From a bacterium (lineage in GTDB: Bacteria > Fidelibacterota > Marinisomatia > Marinisomatales > JAHJCW01): 64,000 bases of DNA. A program made the translations under genes and the position numbers. The DNA is taken from assembly GCA_028282845.1 (NCBI GenBank), contig JANQGY010000015.1, forward strand, positions 155,207-219,206, read 5' to 3'. Below the pieces are notes generated by a model. The model made no database searches, was not told where the DNA came from, and saw only the letters and a list, made by a program, of their open reading frames with translations. Numbering within the stretch: the stretch's first letter is position 1; each line of letters opens with the position of its first letter. Below, piece after piece: positions 28,397-36,763 of this stretch.

Positions 28397-29739
28397 TTTT
28401 GTATTCCTTCTAAAGTTGACATACCACAAGCCAAAGAATATGGTGTTATTACTTGTTGTATGTAGTTGCCGATTAATTCCTCGGGTTCGTTTGGTATAAA
28501 GCCCTTTTGTAAAGCAATAAATTGATCAGGTAAATATTTTTCTATCATTGCTTCTGTTGGTTTCGAATGCTTCGAAAGATTATCCATCATATTTGAAATT
28601 GCCTTACTTACTTTTGGATTTGGCCAATAATATCTAATTCTATCACTAAGACTGTAAATACGAGAGTAGTCCAATTCCTCCTTAGTTCCGGTATAATGAT
28701 TTATCCAATATTCCGGTTTTTCAAGCATTTCATGATTTACGATTAGCGATAGATTAGACTTATTTGCAATCTCGCCCGATCTATATAATTCAATCTCAAT
28801 TTTTTCCAGTTTAAATAAAATTTCTCTAAGAGCGAATGTTAGAGCCGGTCCGACTTTTAAAATGGCAAAGTGGTCCTTAACTAATTGCTTGAGTGAATCA
28901 GCTGATTGATAATCAGTTGAGTGGGCTTCATAAACTAAATTTTCATACTTCTCAATAAATTTTACTAATTCTCGTGATTTTGATGGATCATATTTAAATA
29001 CTTCTTTATCACCAAATTCTACACCGGGCTGCGTAACCACTGCGATTACTCGACTCCAGGCATCCTGTAAATTTCGTTTTTTAAATTCCGCTCTCGTAAT
29101 ATTGATTGTCTCCTCAGTGGATTCTACCGTCGATACTTCGGGTGCTTGATTTTCTGACGTATCCATACCGCCCGGCTTAGGGACTTCAGTACCTATTATG
29201 TACACCACATCCCCCTCTTTTTCCGATAGCGCAATTGTTTTTTCAGCAACCTCACAAAGTTCTGCCGCCCGCTCTGAAATCACTTCAACAGGCAGCATCC
29301 CATCGCCATCTACCGCATCATCAGCACAGACAAAACAAGTATCAAGATGGATTTTTTTGAAACCGGCCTTAACATATTCACTAATAAGCACTTTTGCATT
29401 TTCCATAGCTTCTTTGGCTGGAAAACTCTGCCATGTATTAGGACCTAGATGATCTCCACCAAGAATAACATTATCTTTACTAAAATCAGATGCTGTGAGC
29501 AGTTTGTCAATATACTCTTTATATTGCTTGGGATTCATACCCATATATCCGCCAAATTGGTCTACCTGATTTGATGTTGCTTCAATAAGTAAAACTGAAT
29601 CATTCTTCTTAGCAAAATCAATTGCTGCTTTAAGTACAAACTTGTTTGCTGAACAAACCGAGTAGATACCTGATGTACCGTTAGATTTATGGTTTTTAAT
29701 GATACTTAATAGTATCTCGCTCTTACTCAATTTTTTCAT
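28393..29739 (-). CDS. kbaZ: GatZ/KbaZ (AgaZ) family protein, probable tagatose-6-phosphate 4-epimerase
   Basis: GIYSVCSA, LIEATSNQVDQFGGY, LGGDHLGPN, GTEVP.PGG, VYEAHSTDYQ, LKVGPALTFALRE, SDRIRYYW. Confidence 0.92.
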   Translation of the reverse strand: MKKLSKSEILLSIIKNHKSNGTSGIYSVCSANKFVLKAAIDFAKKNDSVLLIEATSNQVDQFGGYMGMNPKQYKEYIDKLLTASDFSKDNVILGGDHLGPNTWQSFPAKEAMENAKVLISEYVKAGFKKIHLDTCFVCADDAVDGDGMLPVEVISERAAELCEVAEKTIALSEKEGDVVYIIGTEVPKPGGMDTSENQAPEVSTVESTEETINITRAEFKKRNLQDAWSRVIAVVTQPGVEFGDKEVFKYDPSKSRELVKFIEKYENLVYEAHSTDYQSADSLKQLVKDHFAILKVGPALTFALREILFKLEKIEIELYRSGEIANKSNLSLIVNHEMLEKPEYWINHYTGTKEELDYSRIYSLSDRIRYYWPNPKVSKAISNMMDNLSKHSKPTEAMIEKYLPDQFIALQKGFIPNEPEELIGNYIQQVITPYSLACGMSTLEGIQK

Positions 29740-29744
29740 TATTA

Positions 29745-30710
29745 TTAAATAAAAATATTCTCTTTGTGCTGATTTAAGAAATCATCTAATTCCTTTGCAT
29801 CCGGAGAAGCAGTAGAACCACCTAATTTAGTAGTAGCAATTGCACCACAAGCATTACCATTAGTCAACGCTTTTTTAATATCTCTATCAATCAACCAGCT
29901 AGAAATAAAACCTGCATTGAAACTGTCTCCTGCCCCGGTTGTATCCAATGGTTCAAGATCAAATGTTTTTGTACGAATAATTTCATCATTGTGTTTAGTT
30001 ACAGCACCATCCTTACCTAATTTGATGACAATTATTCTTGAGTACTTACTTAACTTTGATAGAGCATCTTCAATCGTACTGCATCCAGAAATATTTAACG
30101 CTTCCTGCGTATTTGGTAAAAATATATCCGTACTTTTTAACACATTATAAATATCGTCATTCCATTCTTCATCAGGATCCCAACTGGGATCGAATGATGT
30201 GGTGATATTTAGTTCGCGGCATTTTTCAAATAATTTGGCACAATCAGGGCGTATACCCGGTTGCAGATAATAAGAGGCAAAATGCACATGTTTAGATTGT
30301 CTCAATAAATCGAAATCAATGTCTTTTATCGAAAAATCTTCCATAGCACCCATATAGGTAACCATGGCGTAATTATGTGGGAAGGTCATTGATACCGTTA
30401 TACCTGTCTTGGAATTTTTATCGACAAAAACACCCGAAGTATCAACCCCACTCTCTTTTAGTTTATCAGTGACTAATCTGCCGTAATCATCTGCACCTAA
30501 TTTCCCTATAAAACCAGTCTTATTACCTAATTTTGCTATATTGGAAGCAAATATTGCGGAAGCACTTCCCATTGTTAATAACATATCTTTGGCGATTTTT
30601 TCTTTCCCGATTTCAGGAAATGATGCTATGTCTTGTAGAATAAGATCGACATTTAACTCACCAACAACAACGACATCGTATTTTTTTTCAGTCACTTGGA
30701 TTATCTCCAA
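29745..30710 (-). CDS. PfkB family carbohydrate kinase
   Basis: VGELNVDLI, MGSASAIFA, DTTGAGDSFNAGF. Confidence 0.92.
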   Translation of the reverse strand: MEIIQVTEKKYDVVVVGELNVDLILQDIASFPEIGKEKIAKDMLLTMGSASAIFASNIAKLGNKTGFIGKLGADDYGRLVTDKLKESGVDTSGVFVDKNSKTGITVSMTFPHNYAMVTYMGAMEDFSIKDIDFDLLRQSKHVHFASYYLQPGIRPDCAKLFEKCRELNITTSFDPSWDPDEEWNDDIYNVLKSTDIFLPNTQEALNISGCSTIEDALSKLSKYSRIIVIKLGKDGAVTKHNDEIIRTKTFDLEPLDTTGAGDSFNAGFISSWLIDRDIKKALTNGNACGAIATTKLGGSTASPDAKELDDFLNQHKENIFI

Positions 30711-30711
30711 T

Positions 30712-31746
30712 CTATAACGTAACTACCTGGGTTAAATTTTGGGGTTTATCAGGATCTAGCCCCTTTTTTAACGCTTGATAGTATCCTAAGAATTGCGCAA
30801 CAGGAGTATATAGAATCAGATTTTCAAAATTATTCATCCCGGTATTTAATTCTATTAAATAATCGGCTGATTTATACAATTCTTTGTTAGCTTTATCACA
30901 TACCACAAAGGTTTTGGCCCCTAATTCGTGCATTTCTTTTACTAATTTTCCTTCCCTCTTCATTGTATTATTAGCAATAAAGAACGTTATCAAAGTTCTA
31001 TCATTTACTCTTGACATTGGACCATGCCTGAATTCTAAACTATGATACTCATTCGAAATCGAAATTGACATCTCGGTTACTTTAAGCATTGCCTCATTAG
31101 CGATTCCAAATAGGGGTCCGTGTCCGAGGAAAACAAATGATTCTATATTGTTAGAATTGACAATATCTTTTGTTTGGAATTTCATTTGCTCGATATTTAA
31201 TTCCCCAAATTCAGGAATCGCACGCAAATTCTTAAAATTTGATCCGCCGCCTAGGGCATCTGCTAATATCTGTAATTGTAAAAGCATGCTTGTAAACGAT
31301 CTTGTCATTACAATGCTTTTTTCGTCCGCCTCTTCAATTATAAACTTATGTTTCCCAAACTTGGTTAAACCACTTCCGTTCCGACAAGTGACAGCACAAG
31401 TACAAATACCTAATTTATTTTGAACCGTTTCTCCTGCTAATAATACCTCTGTGGTAGTACCGGAACGAGATATTAAGAATGCCGCGTAATCATCTGCATT
31501 CTTGGGAAATATTATTTGGGGATATAAAAATACCTCTGCCGATGGTACAGCAATCGCATCTTGATTGGCATAATTGGAAAATATACTTGCAGCTGACAGG
31601 CTTAAATAGTAAGACGTGCCTGAGCCAATAAAAATATTTGATTTGCCTATGAGGTCGTTTTTTAGATCGTTACCGATATTATCCTTATCTAATACAGATT
31701 GCCAAGTAGATGGTTGTGATAATATTTCATCTATTGTGGTGCTCAT
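30712..31746 (-). CDS. agaS: Double-SIS protein, AgaS-like galactosamine-6-phosphate deaminase/isomerase
   Basis: EILSQP, GSGTSYY, ISRSGTTTE, EKSIVMTRSFTSM, EAMLKVTEMS, EFRHGP, DPDKPQNLTQVV; adjacent to agaR and kbaZ. Confidence 0.75.
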   Translation of the reverse strand: MSTTIDEILSQPSTWQSVLDKDNIGNDLKNDLIGKSNIFIGSGTSYYLSLSAASIFSNYANQDAIAVPSAEVFLYPQIIFPKNADDYAAFLISRSGTTTEVLLAGETVQNKLGICTCAVTCRNGSGLTKFGKHKFIIEEADEKSIVMTRSFTSMLLQLQILADALGGGSNFKNLRAIPEFGELNIEQMKFQTKDIVNSNNIESFVFLGHGPLFGIANEAMLKVTEMSISISNEYHSLEFRHGPMSRVNDRTLITFFIANNTMKREGKLVKEMHELGAKTFVVCDKANKELYKSADYLIELNTGMNNFENLILYTPVAQFLGYYQALKKGLDPDKPQNLTQVVTL

Positions 31747-31771
31747 ATAATCCTCATAAATACTTCTATTT

Positions 31772-32545
31772 TTATACTAATACTGTTTCAATCCCTAGTT
31801 CTTGCAATCCTTTAAGCTGATTATTTGGAATGCTCTTATCAGTGATAACCACATCTATGGATTCGGGCATTGTGATAAGACATAAACTCTGTCTATTAAA
31901 TTTGCTTGAATCGGTCACCGCAATTACTTGCTTAGACATTTCGACCATTAGCTTATTTAATTGAGCTTCTAAGTAATTTGGCGTTGTCAATCCGAATGAA
32001 AGATCAAATCCATCAACTCCTAAAAATACTTTATCGAAATAATAGTTTTTCAACATTAGTTCGGCTTGAGGACCGACAAGCGAAAAAGATTTATCACGCA
32101 GCTTACCACCTGTTAATAAAACCTCAATATCATTCAAACCTGCCAGTTCCGAGGCAATGTTAACTGCATTTGTCATGACAGTTAAATTCTTTCTGTTTTT
32201 GATATACTTTACTATCGCGGATGTTGTCGTTCCAGAATCTAGGATAATCGAATCTCCATCAAAAATCATGCTTGCAGCAGCTTTACCAATTCTATCTTTT
32301 TCTTCAGCCTTTAATTTCGCTTTTTCAATTATTGATTCATCAAGAGAAACACTATCTTTCAATAACGCCCCCCCATAGGATCTGTGCAAAATTCCCTTCT
32401 TTTCTAGGTAGGATAAATCATTTCGAATGGTTACTTCTGATACTTGGAAAAGTCGGCTAAGTTTATCTACCCGTACTTTTCTATCCTTCGTAATTATATG
32501 CACAATCTCATTTCTTCTATCAACTGTATCTTTATGATTGGCCAT
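31772..32545 (-). CDS. agaR: DeoR family repressor AgaR
   Basis: VSEVTIRNDL HTH, RSYGGA, IILDSGTTT, VMTNAVNIA, FDKVFLGVDGFD; heads the aga-like cluster. Confidence 0.85.
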   Translation of the reverse strand: MANHKDTVDRRNEIVHIITKDRKVRVDKLSRLFQVSEVTIRNDLSYLEKKGILHRSYGGALLKDSVSLDESIIEKAKLKAEEKDRIGKAAASMIFDGDSIILDSGTTTSAIVKYIKNRKNLTVMTNAVNIASELAGLNDIEVLLTGGKLRDKSFSLVGPQAELMLKNYYFDKVFLGVDGFDLSFGLTTPNYLEAQLNKLMVEMSKQVIAVTDSSKFNRQSLCLITMPESIDVVITDKSIPNNQLKGLQELGIETVLV

Positions 32546-32565
32546 GATTAACCTTAATTAAATGG

Positions 32566-32654
32566 TAATTACTTTTATTTCCTTGCGATATGAATATTAA
32601 TTACTTTCGTTTAATTATCAAAAGATATTTTTATCTTTTTTTATCTTTTGTTTT
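32566..32654 (-). promoter_or_regulatory. Putative agaR operon promoter and AgaR operator repeats
   Basis: TTGATA-16 nt-TAATAT on minus strand; TAATTACTTT at 32566 and 32598 (the second continues CTTTCGTTT) and TTATCTTTT tandem at 10-nt spacing. Confidence 0.45.
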
Positions 32655-32798
32655 AGTTCAATGAAATTAAAATTCACAGAATTTTCATTTGCACAATCTA
32701 TTATATTTTACATCTATCTTGTATTTGGGAAATATATTCTATTGATAATTAATGAATAGAATAATGTGGTAATTACTAAATGTAGTGGTTAATAGTAA

Positions 32799-33431
32799 TT
32801 AGGCTCGGTGTTTTTCCAAGGATTCTGCTAATAGCATAGTTGATTTAATCGTATGAACATTGCCTAACCCAGTAAAATCTACTTCCCATATCTCTCCATT
32901 CGCTGCTATTTCAATTGGATATTTTGGTAAAGTATTTTCAAGAATAGCTTTAATTATACGTAAGGTTACTGCATGTGTAACAATTAAAACACTTTCATTA
33001 ATGTCTAATGTATGTAACGTATCAAAGAAATTTATTAATCTTTCGGAAATCATTCTATAGGATTCACCATCTCCCTTTGGAATCCAATTCCACCGATTTC
33101 TACGATTATGTTCATAATCTACTTCATTCTCAATCTCTTTATATGACATACCAGAAAATTGGCTTAGATCCTGCTCGATAAGATCAGGATTTTGTTCAAC
33201 AGTGAGGTTGTATATAATAGAAAATGGAGCCGCAGTCTGTAATGAACGTTTTAATGGAGAGGAAATAATCCTATCAATATCTGCAAATAAACTAAATCTT
33301 GAAGCAATTTTTTGTGCATCGGATTTACCTTCATCGGTTAAGGGATAATCTATCTGAGAGGCAAGAATATCCTGTACATTGGCTTCACTTTGGGTGTGTC
33401 GCATAAAGTACAATTTCTTTGTAGGTATCAT
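32799..33431 (-). CDS. Histidine phosphatase (phosphoglycerate mutase) family protein
   Basis: LYFMRHTQS, PLTDEG, ISSPLKRSLQTA, GES, LIVTHA. Confidence 0.88.
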   Translation of the reverse strand: MIPTKKLYFMRHTQSEANVQDILASQIDYPLTDEGKSDAQKIASRFSLFADIDRIISSPLKRSLQTAAPFSIIYNLTVEQNPDLIEQDLSQFSGMSYKEIENEVDYEHNRRNRWNWIPKGDGESYRMISERLINFFDTLHTLDINESVLIVTHAVTLRIIKAILENTLPKYPIEIAANGEIWEVDFTGLGNVHTIKSTMLLAESLEKHRA

Positions 33432-33734
33432 CAGTACTTATTAACCAAAATAATTCTCAGTGCTCATCATTAATTAATAAAAACGTATTTAAATTTAATA
33501 ATTCGGCAAGCCAAAACAACAACTGAGGATTGCTTTTAAATCCTTTTCTATAATTAATACCCTAACAAGTTGTATTATTATTCTATCTAAAAAGAAATAT
33601 AGAAAGTTTAAGTTACCTAATGAGCTGTCTCATAAAAGTTAAATTTATTTAATTTGATTTAGAGTAGTAATTCTTATTTTTGGAAGGGATTTACTATCAA
33701 CTTTCATTTAAGACATTTTCTGATTTAAAGTTAT

Positions 33735-33762
33735 AAAAAAGGGAAGTATCAATACTTCCCTT
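33735..33762 (-). terminator. Rho-independent terminator after tRNA-Leu
   Basis: AAGGGAAGTAT-TG-ATACTTCCCTT followed by a T-run on the minus strand. Confidence 0.85.
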
Positions 33763-33763
33763 G

Positions 33764-33848
33764 TACCCGGGGTCGGACTCGAACCGACACGGGTTCATCA
33801 CCCAAGGGATTTTAAGTCCCTTGTGTCTACCAATTCCACCACCCGGGC
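33764..33848 (-). tRNA. tRNA-Leu(TAA)
   Basis: GCCCGGGTGGTGGAATTGGTAGACAC-AGGGA-CTTAAAA-TCCCT, variable arm, GGTTCGAGTCC. Confidence 0.96.
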
Positions 33849-33857
33849 AAAATCGCG

Positions 33858-33931
33858 AGGCGTCGGCCGGATTCGAACCGGCGAATGACAGTTTTGCAAA
33901 CTGCTCCCTTAGACCGCTTGGGTACGACGCC
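33858..33931 (-). tRNA. tRNA-Cys(GCA)
   Basis: GGCGTCG acceptor stem, GCAGT-TTGCAAA-ACTGT, GGTTCGAATCC, U73 discriminator. Confidence 0.95.
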
Positions 33932-33963
33932 AATTTTTATAAACAACAATTTTTACGGCACAG

Positions 33964-33992
33964 AAGTTATAAAGTATTTTTGTTCGTTTCAA
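33964..33992 (-). promoter_or_regulatory. sigma70 promoter of tRNA-Cys/Leu
   Basis: TTGAAA-17 nt-TAACTT. Confidence 0.6.
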
Positions 33993-34049
33993 TTAAACAT
34001 AAATAATTAATTATTTTCAAAAATCATCGAAAAAATTGTACTTTTTGAT

Positions 34050-34265
34050 GTGGAAATTAAGAAATTAAATATCTATCAGCGCCTGCGTGATTTTCAAGTT
34101 CCCTCTTCGGTATTGGATATGGTGTTTGAAGATAAAGATGATCTTGCACAACTTATTAATGCCTGGGACGCATTAAAATCCGATGGATTTACCGATGATG
34201 AAACCGCCCAAGAAATCGCCGATATTTTTTTTAAAGAAATTAATATTCAGATTGAAGATGAATAA
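34050..34265 (+). CDS. Small acidic helical hypothetical protein (71 aa)
   Basis: Fills the intergenic gap, has protein-like composition and ends directly at a strong terminator; GTG start. Confidence 0.65.
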   Translation: MEIKKLNIYQRLRDFQVPSSVLDMVFEDKDDLAQLINAWDALKSDGFTDDETAQEIADIFFKEINIQIEDE

Positions 34266-34292
34266 AAAGGGCTGAATGATCAGCCCTTTTTT
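34264..34292. terminator. Bidirectional Rho-independent terminator
   Basis: AAAAAGGGCTGA-ATGA-TCAGCCCTTTTT between convergent genes. Confidence 0.9.
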
Positions 34293-34309
34293 CTATATTT
34301 CGTCCGAAA

Positions 34310-36178
34310 TTAATTCAGCAGCAACTCTTCCATTTGTGTAACTAAACTATCAAACAATTGCATCGCTTGTTCGATTGGCTCCGGTGACGAAAGATCAACT
34401 CCGGCCTTTTTCAATGTCTCAATTGGGTAGTCACTTCCACCGGCCATTAAAAATTCCATATATTTCTCAATTGCACCTTCTTTACCTTCAAGCACATTTT
34501 TTGCTAAGGCAGTTGAAGCACAAAAACTTGTGGCATATTTATATACATAGAATGTGCGGTAATAATGAGAGATCCTGCCCCAATTCAGTGCATAACCGTC
34601 GTCTATTACAGTTGAAACTCCATACCATTTTTCATCAATATCATGTACAATTTTATTTAAAGACTCCACGGTAATTGGTTCCCCATCTTGAACCATTTGG
34701 TGAGCAGTTTTTTCAAATTCACCAAATATCACCTGAGTAAATACAGTACCTAGGAAATTGTTTATCCATTGGTCAAGCAATACGAGTTTTTCTTTTTCAT
34801 CTTCTGTATTTTTCATTAAGTAGTCTAATAATAGATTCTCGTTGAACGTTGAGGCAACCTCTGCCAAAAATAATGGATATTGAGCAGTAGCATACGGTTG
34901 ATTTTTGTCTGAGTAATGACTGTGCATAGCATGCCCAAGCTCATGGGCAAGAGTGAACATGTGATCCATTGTTCCATTATAATTCATTAACATATAGGGA
35001 TGTGATGTATAAGTTCCCCAAGAATAAGCTCCGGTAGCTTTTCCTTCGGTCTCATAAACGTCAATCCATCTTGAATTCAAAGCCTTTTTGATTGTCTTTA
35101 CATATTCATCACCTAATGGTTTAAAGGCTTCCGGTAAAATAATTTTAGCCTCTTCGTAGGTTACTTTAGTATCAACATCTTCAATGATTGGAACGGCTGT
35201 ATCGTAAAGATGAATCTCATCCAAGTCGAGAACTTTTTTCCGCATTTCCATGTAACGGTTGAGGCTTCCCGAATATTTGTACACAGTCTCAAGTAAATTG
35301 TGGTACACATCAACCGGTATATTGTCATAGCTTAATGATCTTTCCAATGTGCTATTATATTTCCTTGCTCTAGTAATAAATAAATCCTTTTTTAGAGATG
35401 AACCAAGAGTGGCGGCATTTGTATTCTTGATTTTGTCGAACGCCTCAGTCCTTGCTAAAAAGGCTCTTCTTCTTACTTCTGGATCTTCCGATAATAGCAT
35501 TAGATAGTATCTACCACGAGTCAATCGAACTGAGTCGCCTTCTTCATTAATTACCATTGGAAAGACTAAATCAGCTTCGGTCAAAGCTTCAAAAATCTTT
35601 GACGGTGCCCGATAGAGTTCACCTGCCATTGCAAGTAATTGCTCTTCATTTTCAGATAAGGTATGCTCGCGTTGTCGAATCATATTATCAAAATAATGTT
35701 TATATATTTCTAATCCATCTGTCTTAGAAATAAACTTATCGAGTTTTTTCTCAGGTATCTTTTGCAATTCCGGTTCAATATAAGCTATCGCCTCAGTATA
35801 TTTAGTATATAGTGCTGCAATACGATCTGCATATCCCTGAGCTTCAGAAACTCTCGTATCGGAATCCTTATTTAAATCCGCATATACATACAAGTTATCT
35901 ATTGCTATGGAAACTTTTTCATCAAGCTTAAAACATTTTAAAATTTCTGCTCCGGAATTCCCAAGTCTCCCTTTAAAATCTGCAAATTTTGGTAGAGTGT
36001 TCTCAACAAATTGAAAATCCTTTTCCCATTCATTTATGGTTGGATAAATATCTGCTGTATTCCACTTATACTCATCTGCGATATCGCTCCTTTGCGGAAT
36101 ATCAGATTGAGCATATAGTGGTATCGCAATTAATAGCGATAAACTCAATATTAAAATCGTGGTTAGTTTAGACTTCAT
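34310..36178 (-). CDS. pepF: Oligoendopeptidase F (M3B) with N-terminal signal peptide
   Basis: RWIDVYE..GK..GAYSWG, HPYMLMNY, TLAHELGHAMHS, AEVASTFNE, YVYKYATS, LKKAGVDL. Confidence 0.93.
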   Translation of the reverse strand: MKSKLTTILILSLSLLIAIPLYAQSDIPQRSDIADEYKWNTADIYPTINEWEKDFQFVENTLPKFADFKGRLGNSGAEILKCFKLDEKVSIAIDNLYVYADLNKDSDTRVSEAQGYADRIAALYTKYTEAIAYIEPELQKIPEKKLDKFISKTDGLEIYKHYFDNMIRQREHTLSENEEQLLAMAGELYRAPSKIFEALTEADLVFPMVINEEGDSVRLTRGRYYLMLLSEDPEVRRRAFLARTEAFDKIKNTNAATLGSSLKKDLFITRARKYNSTLERSLSYDNIPVDVYHNLLETVYKYSGSLNRYMEMRKKVLDLDEIHLYDTAVPIIEDVDTKVTYEEAKIILPEAFKPLGDEYVKTIKKALNSRWIDVYETEGKATGAYSWGTYTSHPYMLMNYNGTMDHMFTLAHELGHAMHSHYSDKNQPYATAQYPLFLAEVASTFNENLLLDYLMKNTEDEKEKLVLLDQWINNFLGTVFTQVIFGEFEKTAHQMVQDGEPITVESLNKIVHDIDEKWYGVSTVIDDGYALNWGRISHYYRTFYVYKYATSFCASTALAKNVLEGKEGAIEKYMEFLMAGGSDYPIETLKKAGVDLSSPEPIEQAMQLFDSLVTQMEELLLN

Positions 36179-36234
36179 ATGATCCTCATTAGTAGTTATT
36201 GTCTTTATGACAGTTAATAATGATAATAGTTGTC

Positions 36235-36308
36235 AAAAAAAAGCTACCAATTGGAGCTTTTTCCCGAGCGGGAGACGAGGGTTCCCGATTCATCGGGACG
36301 ACAACCAC
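36235..36308. repeat. Duplicated tRNA-Gly 3' end + terminator, T-arm segment replaced by TCCCGAT-TC-ATCGGGA hairpin
   Basis: Matches 36571-36636 at 336-bp offset (CCGAGCGGGAGACGAGGGT and CGACAACCAC identical). Confidence 0.9.
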
Positions 36309-36562
36309 TATTGCTTCCTTGAAGTATTAATTAATCGTTCTAAATAATCTCGGCTCTTTTGCTTTTTAAGTTTTCTTTCAAATCTAATAGCTGCTGATTT
36401 TGATTGAAATTCTTTTACATATTTCACAATCCATGGAATTCCTGATTTTGTTGATTTAGACCAACCATTGTTATGTCGTTCTAATCTTCTGACAATATCT
36501 TTAGTATAACCGATATAATATTTATCAATTTTTTGTGAGTATATGATATATGTAAAATACAT
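36308..36562 (-). CDS. Stand-alone GIY-YIG nuclease (UPF0213/Slx1-like)
   Basis: YFTYII...YYIGYT..RRLERHN...PW...A...E..LK. Confidence 0.92.
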   Translation of the reverse strand: MYFTYIIYSQKIDKYYIGYTKDIVRRLERHNNGWSKSTKSGIPWIVKYVKEFQSKSAAIRFERKLKKQKSRDYLERLINTSRKQ

Positions 36563-36570
36563 GATTATAT

Positions 36571-36598
36571 AAAAAAAGCTACCAATAGGTGGCTTTTC
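36571..36598 (-). terminator. Terminator after tRNA-Gly
   Basis: AAAAGCCACC-TATT-GGTAGCTTTTTTT (one mismatch in stem). Confidence 0.7.
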
Positions 36599-36602
36599 TC
36601 CG

Positions 36603-36674
36603 AGCGGGAGACGAGGGTCGAACTCGCGACAACCACGTTGGCAACGTGGAGCTCTACCACTGAGCTACTCCCGC
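36603..36674 (-). tRNA. tRNA-Gly(GCC)
   Basis: GCGGGAGTAGCTCAGTGGTAGAGC-CCACG-TTGCCAA-CGTGG...GAGTTCGACCCTC-GTCTCCCGCT. Confidence 0.96.
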
Positions 36675-36710
36675 ATATTTCTATTATTTTCTTCTGAAAA
36701 ATAGCGCAGA

Positions 36711-36739
36711 AATCTAAAATGATTTTTATATTTTTTCAA
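36711..36739 (-). promoter_or_regulatory. sigma70 promoter of tRNA-Gly
   Basis: TTGAAA-17 nt-TAGATT. Confidence 0.6.
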
Positions 36740-36763
36740 ATAAAATCGGCTCAATTTAACTGA

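Larger units (their letters stand above)
7169..33816. mobile_element. Genomic island (~26.6 kb) integrated at tRNA-Leu(TAA), no integrase visible
   Basis: Flanked by the 72-bp tRNA-derived direct repeat; contains only accessory carbohydrate-utilisation genes and a phosphatase. Confidence 0.85.

Noticed and set aside
33622-33640. GAGCTGTCTCATAAAAGTT, resembling an IS terminal repeat
   Set aside because: Single copy with no inverted partner or transposase found; cannot be supported.
33697-34006. ORFs 33697-33933 and 33761-34006
   Set aside because: They overlap tRNA-Leu and tRNA-Cys; the translations are tRNA sequence.
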